The notes: a model not told the origin generated them from the sequence alone. A stretch of DNA of 64,000 nt from Escherichia coli (GCF_016026235.1 NZ_CP065613.1); one strand, 5' to 3'; shown: positions 1 to 13,116, counted from the stretch's first letter. Program-made: numbers and translations.

Positions 1-2105
1 AACCGGAAATCACCGTGCCGGTAGTCACCGACGCGCAAAAGGGCATTATCATTCATTACGTCCCAGCGCTGCCGCGTAAAGTTCTGCGCGTTGAGTTTCG
101 CATCGATAACAACTCAGCGAAGTTCCGCAGTAAAACGGATGAATTGATTACCTATCTGATTGGTAATCGCAGCCCAGGTACACTTTCTGACTGGCTGCAA
201 AAGCAGGGATTAGTTGAGGGCATTAGCGCCAACTCCGATCCTATCGTCAACGGCAACAGCGGTGTATTAGCGATCTCTGCGTCTTTAACCGATAAAGGTC
301 TGGCGAATCGCGATCAGGTTGTGGCGGCCATTTTTAGCTACCTCAATCTGTTACGTGAAAAAGGGATCGATAAACAATACTTCGATGAACTGGCGAATGT
401 GCTGGATATCGACTTCCGTTATCCGTCAATCACCCGTGATATGGATTACGTCGAATGGCTGGCAGATACCATGATTCGCGTTCCTGTTGAGCATACGCTG
501 GATGCAGTCAATATTGCCGATCGGTACGATGCTAAAGCAGTAAAAGAACGTCTTGCGATGATGACGCCGCAGAATGCGCGTATTTGGTATATCAGCCCGA
601 AAGAGCCGCACAACAAAACGGCTTACTTTGTCGATGCGCCGTATCAGGTCGATAAAATCAGCGAACAAACTTTCGCTGACTGGCAGCAAAAAGCTGCCAA
701 TATTGCGCTCTCCTTACCGGAGCTTAACCCCTATATTCCTGACGATTTCTCGCTGATTAAGTCAGAGAAGAAATATGACCATCCAGAGCTGATTGTTGAT
801 GAGTCGAATCTGCGCGTGGTGTATGCGCCAAGCCGTTATTTTTCCAGCGAACCCAAAGCTGATGTCAGCCTGATTTTGCGTAATCCGAAAGCCATGGACA
901 GCGCCCGCAATCAGGTGATGTTTGCGCTCAATGATTATCTCGCAGGGCTGGCGCTTGATCAGTTAAGCAACCAGGCGTCGGTTGGTGGCATAAGTTTTTC
1001 CACCAACGCTAACAACGGCCTTATGGTTAATGCCAATGGTTACACCCAGCGCCTGCCGCAGCTGTTCCAGGCATTGCTCGAGGGGTACTTTAGCTATACC
1101 GCTACGGAAGATCAGCTTGAGCAGGCGAAGTCCTGGTATAACCAGATGATGGATTCCGCAGAAAAGGGCAAAGCGTTCGAGCAGGCGATTATGCCCGCGC
1201 AGATGCTCTCCCTGGTACCTTACTTCTCGCGAGATGAACGGCGCAAAATTTTGCCCTCCATTACGTTGAAAGAGGTGCTGGCCTATCGCGACGCCTTAAA
1301 ATCAGGGGCTCGACCAGAGTTTATGGTTATCGGCAACATGACCGAGGACCAGGCAACAACGCTGGCACGCGATGTGCAAAAACAGTTGGGCGCTGATGGT
1401 TCAGAGTGGTGTCGAAACAAAGATGTAGTGGTCGATAAAAAACAATCCGTCATCTTTGAAAAAGCCGGTAACAGCACCGACTCCGCACTGGCAGCGGTAT
1501 TTGTACCGACTGGCTACGATGAATACACCAGCTCAGCCTATAGCTCTCTGTTGGGGCAGATCGTACAGCCGTGGTTCTACAATCAGTTGCGTACCGAAGA
1601 ACAATTGGGCTATGCCGTATTTGCGTTTCCAATGAGCGTGGGGCGTCAGTGGGGCATGGGCTTCCTTTTGCAAAGCAATGATAAACAGCCTTCATTCTTG
1701 TGGGAGCGTTACAAGGCGTTTTTCCCAACCGCAGAGGCAAAATTGCGAGCGATGAAGCCAGATGAGTTTGCGCAAATCCAGCAGGCGGTAATTACCCAGA
1801 TGCTGCAGGCACCGCAAACGCTCGGCGAAGAAGCATCGAAGTTAAGTAAAGATTTCGATCGCGGCAATATGCGCTTCGATTCGCGTGATAAAATCGTGGC
1901 CCAGATAAAACTGCTGACGCCGCAAAAACTTGCTGATTTCTTCCATCAGGCGGTGGTCGAGCCGCAAGGCATGGCTATTCTGTCGCAGATTTCCGGCAGC
2001 CAGAACGGGAAAGCCGAATATGTGCATCCTGAAGGCTGGAAAGTGTGGGAGAACGTCAGCGCGTTGCAGCAAACAATGCCCCTGATGAGTGAAAAGAATG
2101 AGTGA
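1..2105 (+). CDS. ptrA: Protease III (pitrilysin), 5'-truncated by window start
   Basis: ORF open to the window start; translation ends ...[22 protein letters not shown] as recalled for PtrA; stop overlaps the recB start by 8 bp. Confidence 0.9.
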   Translation, partial: PEITVPVVTDAQKGIIIHYVPALPRKVLRVEFRIDNNSAKFRSKTDELITYLIGNRSPGTLSDWLQKQGLVEGISANSDPIVNGNSGVLAISASLTDKGLANRDQVVAAIFSYLNLLREKGIDKQYFDELANVLDIDFRYPSITRDMDYVEWLADTMIRVPVEHTLDAVNIADRYDAKAVKERLAMMTPQNARIWYISPKEPHNKTAYFVDAPYQVDKISEQTFADWQQKAANIALSLPELNPYIPDDFSLIKSEKKYDHPELIVDESNLRVVYAPSRYFSSEPKADVSLILRNPKAMDSARNQVMFALNDYLAGLALDQLSNQASVGGISFSTNANNGLMVNANGYTQRLPQLFQALLEGYFSYTATEDQLEQAKSWYNQMMDSAEKGKAFEQAIMPAQMLSLVPYFSRDERRKILPSITLKEVLAYRDALKSGARPEFMVIGNMTEDQATTLARDVQKQLGADGSEWCRNKDVVVDKKQSVIFEKAGNSTDSALAAVFVPTGYDEYTSSAYSSLLGQIVQPWFYNQLRTEEQLGYAVFAFPMSVGRQWGMGFLLQSNDKQPSFLWERYKAFFPTAEAKLRAMKPDEFAQIQQAVITQMLQAPQTLGEEASKLSKDFDRGNMRFDSRDKIVAQIKLLTPQKLADFFHQAVVEPQGMAILSQISGSQNGKAEYVHPEGWKVWENVSALQQTMPLMSEKNE

Positions 2106-5100
2106 TGTCGCCGAGACACTAGATCCTTTGCGCTTGCCCTTACAGGGCGAGCGCCTGATTGAAGCCTCTGCCGGCACAGGCAAAACCTTTACGATTGCGG
2201 CGCTCTATTTGCGCCTGTTACTTGGACTAGGCGGTTCCGCCGCCTTTCCCCGCCCGCTGACCGTTGAAGAACTGCTGGTGGTCACCTTTACCGAGGCTGC
2301 CACGGCAGAATTGCGCGGTCGTATCCGTAGCAATATCCACGAGTTGCGCATCGCCTGTCTGCGTGAAACCACCGACAATCCACTGTACGAACGCCTGCTG
2401 GAAGAGATCGACGATAAAGCGCAAGCCGCGCAGTGGTTGTTGTTAGCCGAACGGCAGATGGATGAAGCGGCAGTCTTTACTATTCACGGCTTTTGCCAGC
2501 GCATGCTCAACCTGAATGCCTTTGAATCCGGCATGCTGTTTGAGCAGCAGCTGATTGAAGATGAGTCTCTGCTACGTTACCAGGCCTGCGCCGATTTCTG
2601 GCGTCGCCACTGCTACCCGCTGCCGCGTGAAATAGCCCAGGTCGTCTTTGAAACCTGGAAAGGGCCGCAGGCGTTGCTGCGCGATATTAATCGTTATCTG
2701 CAAGGCGAAGCGCCGGTTATCAAAGCACCGCCGCCCGATGATGAAACGCTGGCTTCCCGCCACGCGCAAATTGTGGCGCGTATTGCTACGGTAAAACAGC
2801 AGTGGCGCGACGCAGTGGGTGAACTGGATGCGCTGATCGAATCTTCTGGTATTGACCGACGCAAGTTTAACCGTAGCAATCAGGCTAAATGGATCGACAA
2901 GATCAGCGCCTGGGCAGAAGAAGAGACCAACAGTTATCAGTTGCCGGAGTCGCTGGAAAAATTCTCCCAGCGTTTCTTAGAAGATCGCACGAAGGCCGGG
3001 GGGGAAACCCCGCGACATCCACTGTTTGAGGCGATCGATCAACTGCTTGCAGAACCATTGTCGATCCGCGATCTGGTGATCACCCGCGCATTGGCTGAGA
3101 TCCGCGAAACAGTAGCGCGTGAAAAACGCCGCCGTGGCGAATTGGGTTTTGATGACATGTTAAGTCGGCTCGATTCCGCGCTGTGTAGCGAAAGCGGTGA
3201 GGTGTTGGCAGCGGCGATCCGTACGCGATTCCCGGTGGCAATGATCGATGAATTTCAGGATACCGACCCCCAGCAGTACCGAATTTTTCGCCGTATCTGG
3301 CACCATCAGCCGGAAACCGCATTGTTGCTAATTGGCGACCCGAAGCAGGCCATATATGCATTCCGGGGTGCGGATATCTTCACTTATATGAAGGCGCGTA
3401 GCGAAGTTCACGCCCACTACACTTTAGACACCAACTGGCGTTCCGCACCAGGAATGGTGAACAGCGTGAACAAGCTTTTCAGCCAGACTGATGACGCGTT
3501 CATGTTTCGCGAAATACCGTTTATTCCAGTGAAATCAGCCGGGAAAAATCAGGCGTTACGTTTTGTATTTAAAGGTGAAACGCAGCCTGCGATGAAAATG
3601 TGGCTGATGGAAGGCGAAAGCTGCGGCGTTGGCGATTATCAAAGTACCATGGCGCAGGTATGTGCTGCGCAAATCCGCGACTGGCTACAAGCCGGACAGC
3701 GAGGCGAAGCGTTGCTGATGAACGGCGACGACGCGCGTCCGGTGCGTGCTTCGGACATCAGCGTGCTGGTGCGCAGCCGCCAGGAGGCCGCCCAGGTGCG
3801 CGATGCCTTAACGTTGCTGGAAATCCCTTCCGTTTACCTTTCGAACCGCGACAGTGTTTTTGAAACTCTGGAAGCGCAGGAAATGCTTTGGTTGTTGCAG
3901 GCGGTGATGACGCCCGAACGTGAGAACACCCTGCGTAGTGTGCTGGCAACGTCAATGATGGGGCTGAACGCGCTGGATATCGAAACGCTGAATAATGACG
4001 AACATGCGTGGGACGCGGTGGTCGAAGAGTTCGATGGTTATCGGCAAATTTGGCGCAAACGTGGCGTTATGCCGATGCTGCGGGCGCTGATGTCGGCGCG
4101 TAACATTGCAGAAAACTTGCTGGCAACGGCAGGCGGTGAGCGGCGTCTTACCGATATCTTGCATATCAGCGAACTGCTACAAGAAGCCGGAACGCAGCTG
4201 GAAAGTGAACATGCCCTGGTACGCTGGTTATCGCAACATATCCTCGAGCCAGACAGTAATGCCTCCAGCCAACAAATGCGCCTCGAAAGTGATAAACATC
4301 TGGTGCAGATTGTCACGATCCATAAATCGAAAGGGCTGGAATATCCGCTTGTCTGGTTGCCATTTATTACCAATTTCCGCGTCCAGGATCAGGCGTTTTA
4401 TCACGATCGCCACTCGTTTGAGGCTGTTCTGGATCTTAACGCTGCGCCAGAAAGTGTCGATCTCGCGGAGGCCGAACGTCTGGCGGAAGATCTGCGTTTG
4501 CTTTACGTGGCGCTGACGCGTTCGGTTTGGCATTGCAGTCTCGGCGTTGCACCGCTGGTGCGCCGTCGTGGCGATAAAAAAGGTGACACCGACGTCCACC
4601 AAAGTGCGCTCGGGCGTTTGCTGCAAAAAGGGGAACCGCAAGATGCGGCAGGGCTTCGCACCTGTATTGAAGCGTTATGCGATGATGATATTGCCTGGCA
4701 AACGGCACAAACTGGTGATAACCAGCCCTGGCAGGTTAATGATGTTTTAACTGCAGAACTGAATGCGAGGACGCTACAACGATTGCCCGGCGATAACTGG
4801 CGTGTCACCAGCTACTCCGGTTTGCAGCAGCGTGGTCACGGTATCGCTCAGGATCTGATGCCACGGCTGGATGTTGATGCCGCAGGCGTGGTCAGCGTCG
4901 TTGAAGAACCGACGTTAACACCGCATCAATTCCCGCGCGGTGCGTCACCGGGGACATTCTTGCACAGTTTGTTTGAAGACCTCGATTTTACCCAGCCGGT
5001 TGACCCGAACTGGGTGCGGGAAAAACTGGAACTCGGCGGCTTTGAATCGCAGTGGGAACCGGTATTGACCGAGTGGATCACGTCTGTCCTCCAGGCACCT

Positions 5101-5640
5101 CTCAATGAAACCGGCGTAAGCCTGAGTCAACTTTCCGCCCGCAATAAACAGGTGGAGATGGAGTTTTATCTGCCGATTAGTGAACCGCTTATCGCCAGTC
5201 AGCTTGATACGTTAATCCGCCAGTTTGACCCGCTATCCGCTGGCTGCCCGCCGCTGGAGTTCATGCAGGTACGCGGCATGTTAAAAGGCTTTATCGACCT
5301 TGTGTTCCGCCACGAAGGGCGTTATTACCTGCTCGACTATAAATCCAACTGGTTGGGTGAAGACAGTTCGGCTTACACCCAACAGGCTATGGCAGCGGCG
5401 ATGCAGGCACACCGCTATGATCTGCAATATCAGCTTTATACCCTGGCGCTGCACCGTTATCTGCGCCATCGCATTGCTGATTACGACTATGAGCGCCACT
5501 TTGGCGGCGTTATTTATCTATTCCTGCGTGGTGTTGATAAAGAACATCCGCAACAAGGGATTTACACAACCCGCCCCAACGCCGAGTTGATTGACCTGAT
5601 GGATGAGATGTTTGCCGGTATGATCCTGGAGGAGGCGTAA
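2098..5640 (+). CDS. recB: RecBCD exonuclease V beta subunit (helicase/nuclease)
   Basis: 1180 codons from ATG 2098 ([32 protein letters not shown], Walker A); the track ORF starts 9 nt upstream at a GTG. Confidence 0.95.
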   Translation: MSDVAETLDPLRLPLQGERLIEASAGTGKTFTIAALYLRLLLGLGGSAAFPRPLTVEELLVVTFTEAATAELRGRIRSNIHELRIACLRETTDNPLYERLLEEIDDKAQAAQWLLLAERQMDEAAVFTIHGFCQRMLNLNAFESGMLFEQQLIEDESLLRYQACADFWRRHCYPLPREIAQVVFETWKGPQALLRDINRYLQGEAPVIKAPPPDDETLASRHAQIVARIATVKQQWRDAVGELDALIESSGIDRRKFNRSNQAKWIDKISAWAEEETNSYQLPESLEKFSQRFLEDRTKAGGETPRHPLFEAIDQLLAEPLSIRDLVITRALAEIRETVAREKRRRGELGFDDMLSRLDSALCSESGEVLAAAIRTRFPVAMIDEFQDTDPQQYRIFRRIWHHQPETALLLIGDPKQAIYAFRGADIFTYMKARSEVHAHYTLDTNWRSAPGMVNSVNKLFSQTDDAFMFREIPFIPVKSAGKNQALRFVFKGETQPAMKMWLMEGESCGVGDYQSTMAQVCAAQIRDWLQAGQRGEALLMNGDDARPVRASDISVLVRSRQEAAQVRDALTLLEIPSVYLSNRDSVFETLEAQEMLWLLQAVMTPERENTLRSVLATSMMGLNALDIETLNNDEHAWDAVVEEFDGYRQIWRKRGVMPMLRALMSARNIAENLLATAGGERRLTDILHISELLQEAGTQLESEHALVRWLSQHILEPDSNASSQQMRLESDKHLVQIVTIHKSKGLEYPLVWLPFITNFRVQDQAFYHDRHSFEAVLDLNAAPESVDLAEAERLAEDLRLLYVALTRSVWHCSLGVAPLVRRRGDKKGDTDVHQSALGRLLQKGEPQDAAGLRTCIEALCDDDIAWQTAQTGDNQPWQVNDVLTAELNARTLQRLPGDNWRVTSYSGLQQRGHGIAQDLMPRLDVDAAGVVSVVEEPTLTPHQFPRGASPGTFLHSLFEDLDFTQPVDPNWVREKLELGGFESQWEPVLTEWITSVLQAPLNETGVSLSQLSARNKQVEMEFYLPISEPLIASQLDTLIRQFDPLSAGCPPLEFMQVRGMLKGFIDLVFRHEGRYYLLDYKSNWLGEDSSAYTQQAMAAAMQAHRYDLQYQLYTLALHRYLRHRIADYDYERHFGGVIYLFLRGVDKEHPQQGIYTTRPNAELIDLMDEMFAGMILEEA

Positions 5641-7466
5641 TGAAATTGCAAAAGCAATTACTGGAAGCTGTGGAGCACAAACAGCTACGCCCGCTGGATG
5701 TGCAATTTGCCCTGACCGTGGCGGGAGATGAACATCCTGCCGTCACCATCGCGGCGGCACTGTTAAGTCATGATGCCGGAGAGGGACACGTTTGTTTGCC
5801 GCTTTCACGACTGGAAAATAACGAGGCGTCGCATCCGCTGTTGGCGACCTGTGTCAGTGAAATCGGTGAGCTACAAAATTGGGAAGAATGCTTGTTGGCT
5901 TCTCAAGCGGTCAGCAGGGGAGATGAACCCACGCCGATGATCCTCTGTGGCGATCGTCTTTATTTGAATCGCATGTGGTGTAACGAGCGGACGGTAGCGC
6001 GCTTCTTCAATGAGGTGAATCATGCCATCGAGGTTGATGAAGCTCTATTGGCGCAAACCCTGGACAAACTTTTTCCAGTAAGCGATGAAATTAACTGGCA
6101 AAAAGTTGCAGCGGCAGTGGCGCTGACGCGGCGGATCTCGGTGATTTCCGGCGGCCCTGGCACCGGTAAAACGACCACCGTAGCGAAGTTGCTGGCAGCG
6201 TTAATTCAAATGGCCGACGGCGAACGCTGCCGTATCCGTCTGGCTGCACCAACGGGTAAAGCTGCCGCGCGCTTAACCGAATCTCTCGGCAAGGCTTTGC
6301 GACAGTTACCGCTGACCGATGAACAAAAGAAACGCATTCCGGAAGATGCCAGCACTTTGCACCGATTGCTGGGCGCGCAGCCGGGTAGCCAGCGTTTACG
6401 TCATCATGCCGGTAACCCGCTGCATCTTGATGTGCTGGTGGTAGATGAAGCGTCAATGATCGATCTGCCTATGATGTCGAGACTGATCGACGCCTTGCCA
6501 GATCATGCGCGAGTGATCTTTCTCGGCGATCGTGATCAACTGGCCTCGGTTGAGGCTGGGGCTGTGCTGGGCGATATCTGCGCTTATGCCAACGCGGGCT
6601 TTACCGCCGAGCGTGCCAGGCAGCTAAGCCGCCTGACGGGGACTCACGTTCCGGCAGGAACTGGCACAGAAGCGGCATCTTTGCGCGACAGTCTCTGCCT
6701 GCTGCAAAAAAGCTATCGTTTCGGCAGCGATTCTGGCATTGGTCAGTTAGCTGCGGCGATCAACCGTGGTGATAAAACGGCAGTGAAAACCGTTTTTCAG
6801 CAGGATTTTACTGATATCGAAAAACGACTTTTACAGAGCGGCGAAGATTATATTGCGATGCTTGAGGAAGCTCTTGCGGGTTACGGACGTTATCTGGATC
6901 TGCTGCAAGCGCGTGCCGAGCCGGATTTAATCATTCAGGCGTTCAATGAGTACCAGCTTTTGTGCGCCCTGCGGGAAGGGCCGTTTGGCGTGGCTGGACT
7001 GAATGAGCGAATTGAGCAGTTTATGCAACAGAAGCGCAAAATTCATCGTCATCCGCACTCTCGTTGGTACGAAGGTCGACCAGTGATGATTGCCCGTAAT
7101 GACAGCGCGCTTGGGTTGTTTAATGGCGATATCGGTATTGCGCTGGATCGCGGGCAGGGGACGCGCGTCTGGTTTGCGATGCCGGACGGCAATATTAAGT
7201 CTGTGCAACCGAGTCGCTTGCCAGAGCACGAAACTACGTGGGCGATGACGGTACATAAATCGCAGGGATCGGAGTTCGACCATGCGGCGTTGATTTTACC
7301 GAGCCAACGCACGCCGGTAGTAACGCGAGAGCTGGTATACACCGCGGTGACCCGCGCGCGTCGCCGTCTGTCGCTGTATGCCGATGAGCGTATATTAAGT
7401 GCGGCAATCGCCACTCGTACTGAGCGGCGCAGTGGTCTGGCGGCGTTGTTTAGTTCGCGGGAATAA
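5640..7466 (+). CDS. recD: RecBCD exonuclease V alpha subunit
   Basis: 608 aa; start overlaps the recB stop (ATGA junction); Walker [10 protein letters not shown]. Confidence 0.95.
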   Translation: MKLQKQLLEAVEHKQLRPLDVQFALTVAGDEHPAVTIAAALLSHDAGEGHVCLPLSRLENNEASHPLLATCVSEIGELQNWEECLLASQAVSRGDEPTPMILCGDRLYLNRMWCNERTVARFFNEVNHAIEVDEALLAQTLDKLFPVSDEINWQKVAAAVALTRRISVISGGPGTGKTTTVAKLLAALIQMADGERCRIRLAAPTGKAAARLTESLGKALRQLPLTDEQKKRIPEDASTLHRLLGAQPGSQRLRHHAGNPLHLDVLVVDEASMIDLPMMSRLIDALPDHARVIFLGDRDQLASVEAGAVLGDICAYANAGFTAERARQLSRLTGTHVPAGTGTEAASLRDSLCLLQKSYRFGSDSGIGQLAAAINRGDKTAVKTVFQQDFTDIEKRLLQSGEDYIAMLEEALAGYGRYLDLLQARAEPDLIIQAFNEYQLLCALREGPFGVAGLNERIEQFMQQKRKIHRHPHSRWYEGRPVMIARNDSALGLFNGDIGIALDRGQGTRVWFAMPDGNIKSVQPSRLPEHETTWAMTVHKSQGSEFDHAALILPSQRTPVVTRELVYTAVTRARRRLSLYADERILSAAIATRTERRSGLAALFSSRE

Positions 7467-7474
7467 ACGTAATT

Positions 7475-7516
7475 GCCGGATGCGACGCACGAGTGTTACG
7501 CCTGCCGCATCCGGCG
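7475..7516. repeat. REP-type palindromic element (recD-argA intergenic)
   Basis: Inverted arms gccggatgcg ... cgcatccggc, typical enterobacterial REP. Confidence 0.6.
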
Positions 7517-7527
7517 ATTTTCATCGC

Positions 7528-8859
7528 TTACCCTAAATCCGCCATCAACACTTTGGATTTACGCTGGTAGTTGTACAACTGCTTTTTGCTCTCGGGCAGT
7601 AAATCAATATCCACCGGGGTAAATCCACGTTCCTGGAACCAGTGAATACTGCGCGTGGTCAGCACAAACAATTTGCTTAAGCCGCTCTGCTTCGCCTGAG
7701 CGGCAATGCGTTCCAGCAGAACCTCGCCCCGTGATGAACTGCGGTAATCCGGGTGAACAGCCACACAGGCCATTTCCCCAATCTTCTCTTCCGGGAACGG
7801 ATAGAGCGCGGCGCAGGCAATAGTCGTGTTATCGCGCTGAATAATAGTGAATTTATCGATTTCCATCTCCAGCTGCTCGCGAGAACGGCGTACCAGAATA
7901 CCTTGCTGCTCCAGTGGGCGAATCAACTCCAGAATACCGCCAATATCGTTGATTGTTGCGCGACGAATCTGCTCGGCGCTTTCCATCACAATCTGCGTAC
8001 CGATACCGTCGCGTGAGAACAACTCTTGCAACAGCGCGCCATCTTCCTGATAACTGATTAAATGACAGCGACGCACGCCGCTGCGGCAGGCTTTCACTGC
8101 GCCACGCAAAAAGCGCACCGTACCGGAGTTGTAATCGCCTTTCTCTTCCTGGGCTTCTACCCGCGATTGCGCTTCGTTAGGGAAAAGTTCGGAGACAATA
8201 TCACCGTCGTCATTAGTGACGCCCTGGGAAGAGCAAAAACCAATCATCTTTTCAGCTTTCAGTTTGATGGCCAGTTGAGTAGCAATCTCTTCCGAGGTCA
8301 GATTAAAGCTCTCGCCAGTGACTGAAACAGCGACCGGCCCCATTAGCACTATTGCACTGCTGTCCAGTTGACGATGGATCGCGTCTTCATCAATCCGCCG
8401 GATACGCCCGCTATGGCAGTAATCCACGCCGTCATCGACGCCCAGCGGCTGGGCAATAATAAAATTGCCACTGACGACGTTGATATGCGCGCCCTGTAGC
8501 GGCGTGTTATTGAGACTCATCGACAGGCGAGCAGTAATATCCAGTTGCAATGTTCCCGCAGCCTGCTTCACCAGTTCCAGTGTTTTGGCGTCGGTCACAC
8601 GTATATTCTTGTGATACAGCGGTTCGTGGTGATGCGCAGCCAGATTTGCGTCGATCTGCGGACGTGCGCCATAGACCACCACCAGACGGATGCCGAGGCT
8701 GTGCAACAACCCGATATCATTAACGATACTGGAGAAATTCTCATGCTCAATGGCTTCACCGCCGAGCATGATGACAAACGTTTTTCCCCGGTGGGTATTG
8801 ATATAGGGAACCGAATGGCGGAATCCCTCGACCAGCTCGGTTTTACGTTCCTTTACCAC
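7528..8859 (-). CDS. argA: N-acetylglutamate synthase
   Basis: 443 aa from GTG at 8859-8857 (reverse complement reads GTG GTA AAG = [14 protein letters not shown]...); the track ORF extends 22 aa further upstream. Confidence 0.9.
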   Translation of the reverse strand: MVKERKTELVEGFRHSVPYINTHRGKTFVIMLGGEAIEHENFSSIVNDIGLLHSLGIRLVVVYGARPQIDANLAAHHHEPLYHKNIRVTDAKTLELVKQAAGTLQLDITARLSMSLNNTPLQGAHINVVSGNFIIAQPLGVDDGVDYCHSGRIRRIDEDAIHRQLDSSAIVLMGPVAVSVTGESFNLTSEEIATQLAIKLKAEKMIGFCSSQGVTNDDGDIVSELFPNEAQSRVEAQEEKGDYNSGTVRFLRGAVKACRSGVRRCHLISYQEDGALLQELFSRDGIGTQIVMESAEQIRRATINDIGGILELIRPLEQQGILVRRSREQLEMEIDKFTIIQRDNTTIACAALYPFPEEKIGEMACVAVHPDYRSSSRGEVLLERIAAQAKQSGLSKLFVLTTRSIHWFQERGFTPVDIDLLPESKKQLYNYQRKSKVLMADLG

Positions 8860-9090
8860 GGCACACCTCTTTGCATGATTATTCGAAATTATTGTATTTT
8901 TATTCTGTTTTTTCGCAGGGTGCAAGTGTAAATTTTATGCGAGAGCGACTTTTTTATCAGTAATGCCGTGAATATAAAAAGAATGTTTACCGTTTATTAG
9001 ATGACAGATTATGCGTCTTTCGCTAAAGTTTCCGATCAAATTAGTCGTTTACTTGTTACACAGCTTAGATTTCTTTTGCTCGGGAGAGGC

Positions 9091-10344
9091 ATGTCAGGAT
9101 CCAACACTGCAATCAGCCGTCGTCGTTTACTGCAAGGCGCGGGTGCCATGTGGCTATTGAGCGTAAGTCAGGTCAGTCTGGCTGCGGTCAGCCAGGTCGT
9201 GGCGGTGCGCGTCTGGCCTGCGTCCAGCTACACCCGCGTGACGGTAGAATCAAATCGTCAGCTGAAATATAAGCAGTTCGCGTTGAGTAACCCGGAACGC
9301 GTGGTGGTGGATATCGAAGATGTAAACCTGAACTCGGTACTCAAGGGGATGGCGGCACAAATTCGTGCAGACGACCCGTTCATCAAGTCGGCGCGCGTCG
9401 GGCAATTTGACCCGCAAACCGTACGGATGGTTTTTGAATTAAAGCAAAACGTAAAACCGCAGCTGTTTGCCCTTGCGCCGGTCGCCGGGTTTAAAGAGCG
9501 TCTGGTGATGGACCTCTATCCGGCCAATGCACAGGATATGCAGGACCCGCTGCTGGCGCTGCTGGAGGATTACAACAAAGGCGACCTCGAAAAGCAGGTG
9601 CCACCAGCGCAAAGTGGTCCACAACCAGGTAAAGCAGGGCGCGATCGTCCGATTGTCATTATGCTTGACCCTGGCCACGGTGGCGAAGACTCCGGTGCGG
9701 TGGGGAAATACAAAACGCGCGAAAAAGACGTGGTATTGCAAATAGCTCGCCGTCTGCGCTCTCTGATCGAGAAAGAGGGCAATATGAAGGTGTACATGAC
9801 GCGCAATGAAGACATCTTCATTCCGTTGCAAGTGCGCGTTGCAAAAGCCCAGAAACAGCGTGCTGACCTGTTTGTCTCTATCCATGCCGACGCCTTTACC
9901 AGTCGTCAGCCGAGCGGTTCCTCTGTGTTTGCGCTCTCAACCAAAGGTGCAACCAGTACTGCGGCAAAATATCTGGCACAAACCCAGAACGCCTCGGACT
10001 TGATTGGTGGCGTGAGCAAAAGCGGTGACCGCTATGTCGACCACACCATGTTCGATATGGTGCAGTCGCTGACCATTGCCGACAGCCTGAAGTTTGGTAA
10101 AGCGGTACTGAATAAGCTCGGTAAAATCAACAAGCTGCATAAAAATCAAGTTGAACAGGCCGGGTTTGCCGTACTAAAGGCACCAGATATTCCCTCCATT
10201 CTGGTCGAAACGGCGTTTATCAGTAACGTTGAGGAAGAGCGTAAACTGAAAACGGCGACCTTCCAGCAGGAAGTTGCAGAGTCTATTCTTGCAGGGATTA
10301 AAGCGTATTTTGCCGATGGAGCGACGCTGGCGAGAAGGGGATGA
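9091..10344 (+). CDS. amiC: N-acetylmuramoyl-L-alanine amidase AmiC (Tat signal peptide)
   Basis: 417 aa from ATG 9091 ([23 protein letters not shown], twin-arginine motif); the track ORF starts 30 aa upstream. Confidence 0.9.
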
Positions 10345-10375
10345 TAAAAAGGCGCTGAATGGCGCTTTTTTATAG
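10345..10375. terminator. Putative bidirectional rho-independent terminator (amiC / tRNA cluster)
   Basis: aaaaaGGCGCtgaatGGCGCtttttt: GCGC stem with flanking A and T tracts, immediately after the amiC stop. Confidence 0.45.
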
Positions 10376-10417
10376 GAGACCAGAAACAAAAAAACACCTG
10401 CTAGGGTGTTCAATAAT

Positions 10418-10494
<77 letters not shown>

Positions 10495-10518
10495 TCACCG
10501 TACTGCTTTTACTTCATC

Positions 10519-10605
<87 letters not shown>

Positions 10606-10638
10606 TCACCGTACTGCTTTACTTCATCAAATTTTAAT

Positions 10639-10715
<77 letters not shown>

Positions 10716-10923
10716 TCCGTGGATGCGCACTATACTCCGCTCGCGTTTTCATGCAACCTTTTTTTTACCCCGATCACGGATCTGGCATGATTTTGAACAA
10801 AAACAAATCACTAAAGCCTATTTTTTGTGCAAAATTTGCGTCAGGGAGAGGCTGCTCATTTCATTAAACGCGGTGGTTTGTTATCTTCGTTGCGCCTTAT
10901 TTTTTAACCTGAAGAAGAGAACA

Positions 10924-12021
10924 ATGAAAGGACGTTGGGTAAAGTACCTTCTTATGGGCACGGTTGTGGCAATGCTTGCCGCCTGCTCTTCCAAACCAAC
11001 CGATCGCGGACAGCAATATAAAGACGGGAAATTTACCCAGCCTTTCTCTCTGGTGAACCAGCCAGATGCCGTTGGCGCGCCGATTAACGCCGGTGATTTT
11101 GCCGAGCAAATTAACCATATCCGTAATTCATCACCGCGTCTGTATGGCAACCAGAGTAATGTTTATAACGCGGTGCAAGAGTGGCTGCGCGCAGGCGGTG
11201 ATACCCGCAATATGCGCCAGTTCGGCATTGATGCCTGGCAGATGGAAGGTGCCGACAATTATGGTAACGTGCAGTTTACAGGCTATTACACGCCGGTAAT
11301 TCAGGCGCGCCATACCCGCCAGGGCGAGTTCCAGTATCCGATTTACCGTATGCCGCCAAAACGTGGTCGTCTGCCGTCTCGTGCGGAGATCTACGCGGGG
11401 GCATTGAGCGATAAATACATCCTCGCTTACAGCAACTCTCTGATGGATAATTTCATTATGGATGTGCAGGGTAGTGGGTATATCGACTTTGGTGATGGCA
11501 GTCCGCTTAACTTTTTCAGCTATGCAGGGAAAAACGGTCATGCCTATCGCAGCATTGGTAAGGTGCTGATCGACCGTGGCGAAGTGAAAAAAGAAGATAT
11601 GTCGATGCAGGCGATTCGTCACTGGGGCGAAACACACAGTGAAGCCGAGGTTCGCGAGCTGCTGGAACAGAACCCGTCTTTCGTTTTCTTTAAACCGCAA
11701 TCTTTTGCACCGGTGAAAGGGGCAAGTGCGGTGCCGCTGGTTGGCCGTGCTTCTGTTGCCTCTGATCGTTCAATTATTCCGCCAGGTACAACCTTGCTGG
11801 CAGAAGTGCCGCTGCTGGATAATAACGGCAAATTTAACGGTCAGTATGAACTGCGTCTGATGGTGGCACTGGATGTCGGTGGCGCAATCAAAGGCCAACA
11901 CTTCGATATCTATCAAGGGATCGGGCCGGAAGCCGGACACCGCGCAGGTTGGTACAACCACTATGGACGTGTCTGGGTGCTGAAAACGGCTCCGGGCGCA
12001 GGTAACGTCTTTAGCGGCTGA
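10924..12021 (+). CDS. mltA: Membrane-bound lytic murein transglycosylase A (lipoprotein)
   Basis: 365 aa from ATG 10924 (MKGRWVKYLLMGTVVAMLAACSS lipobox); the track ORF 10642.. is an upstream extension running through the tRNA genes. Confidence 0.9.
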   Translation: MKGRWVKYLLMGTVVAMLAACSSKPTDRGQQYKDGKFTQPFSLVNQPDAVGAPINAGDFAEQINHIRNSSPRLYGNQSNVYNAVQEWLRAGGDTRNMRQFGIDAWQMEGADNYGNVQFTGYYTPVIQARHTRQGEFQYPIYRMPPKRGRLPSRAEIYAGALSDKYILAYSNSLMDNFIMDVQGSGYIDFGDGSPLNFFSYAGKNGHAYRSIGKVLIDRGEVKKEDMSMQAIRHWGETHSEAEVRELLEQNPSFVFFKPQSFAPVKGASAVPLVGRASVASDRSIIPPGTTLLAEVPLLDNNGKFNGQYELRLMVALDVGGAIKGQHFDIYQGIGPEAGHRAGWYNHYGRVWVLKTAPGAGNVFSG

Positions 12022-12107
12022 TGTGATATTCTGTATGCCGTTTTTACGGATATGACAGGGTGAGGGATAACCTCACATCCTGATTATTGACTAAGTGCGC
12101 GTTGTTC

Positions 12108-12212
12108 ATGCCGGATGCGGCGTGAACGCCTTATCCAGCCTACAAATCATGCAAATCCAAAATATTGCAGGAGTTATGTAGGCCTGATAAGCGTAGCGCA
12201 TCAGGCATTTAT
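12108..12212. repeat. BIME-like pair of REP palindromes (mltA-tcdA intergenic)
   Basis: tgccggatgcggcgtgaacgccttatccagcctaca and tgtaggcctgataagcgtagcgcatcaggca in opposite orientation. Confidence 0.6.
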
Positions 12213-12259
12213 GCGTTTAGGGTGAGGGATAACCTCGCCCTTTTTAATTCTGAGGTGCT

Positions 12260-13066
12260 ATGTCTGTGGTAATTAGTGATGCATGGCGTCAGCGTTTTGG
12301 TGGCACAGCGCGTCTGTATGGTGAAAAAGCGTTGCAACTGTTTGCTGACGCGCATATTTGTGTGGTCGGTATTGGCGGTGTCGGTTCCTGGGCGGCGGAA
12401 GCGCTGGCGCGCACGGGGATTGGCGCAATCACGCTTATCGATATGGATGATGTGTGCGTCACCAATACCAATCGGCAAATTCATGCCCTGCGCGATAACG
12501 TTGGGCTGGCAAAAGCGGAAGTTATGGCGGAGCGTATTCGCCAGATTAACCCGGAGTGCCGTGTAACGGTGGTGGATGATTTCGTGACGCCGGATAACGT
12601 AGCGCAGTATATGAGCGTGGGTTATTCGTACGTGATTGATGCCATTGATAGTGTACGGCCCAAAGCGGCGCTGATTGCTTATTGTCGGCGCAATAAAATC
12701 CCACTGGTCACAACCGGTGGCGCGGGTGGGCAAATTGACCCGACGCAGATTCAGGTTACCGATCTGGCGAAAACGATTCAGGACCCGCTGGCGGCGAAGT
12801 TGCGTGAGCGCCTGAAAAGCGATTTTGGCGTAGTGAAAAACAGTAAAGGTAAGCTCGGCGTGGATTGCGTGTTCTCTACCGAAGCATTGGTGTATCCGCA
12901 GTCAGATGGTACGGTTTGTGCGATGAAAGCCACGGCGGAAGGGCCAAAGCGGATGGATTGTGCATCTGGATTTGGCGCGGCAACGATGGTGACCGCCACC
13001 TTTGGTTTTGTTGCGGTTTCTCATGCGCTGAAGAAGATGATGGCGAAAGCGGCGCGTCAGGGGTAA
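12260..13066 (+). CDS. tcdA: tRNA threonylcarbamoyladenosine dehydratase (ThiF/MoeB-like)
   Basis: 268 aa; GIGGVGSW nucleotide-binding motif; matches recalled TcdA/CsdL. Confidence 0.9.
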   Translation: MSVVISDAWRQRFGGTARLYGEKALQLFADAHICVVGIGGVGSWAAEALARTGIGAITLIDMDDVCVTNTNRQIHALRDNVGLAKAEVMAERIRQINPECRVTVVDDFVTPDNVAQYMSVGYSYVIDAIDSVRPKAALIAYCRRNKIPLVTTGGAGGQIDPTQIQVTDLAKTIQDPLAAKLRERLKSDFGVVKNSKGKLGVDCVFSTEALVYPQSDGTVCAMKATAEGPKRMDCASGFGAATMVTATFGFVAVSHALKKMMAKAARQG

Positions 13067-13071
13067 ACAAT

Positions 13072-13106
13072 CAGGTCGGATGCGACGCAAACGTCTTATC
13101 CGACCC
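13072..13106. repeat. REP element
   Basis: aggtcggatgcgacgcaaacgtcttatccgacc palindrome. Confidence 0.55.
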
Positions 13107-13116
13107 GGTTCTGTGC

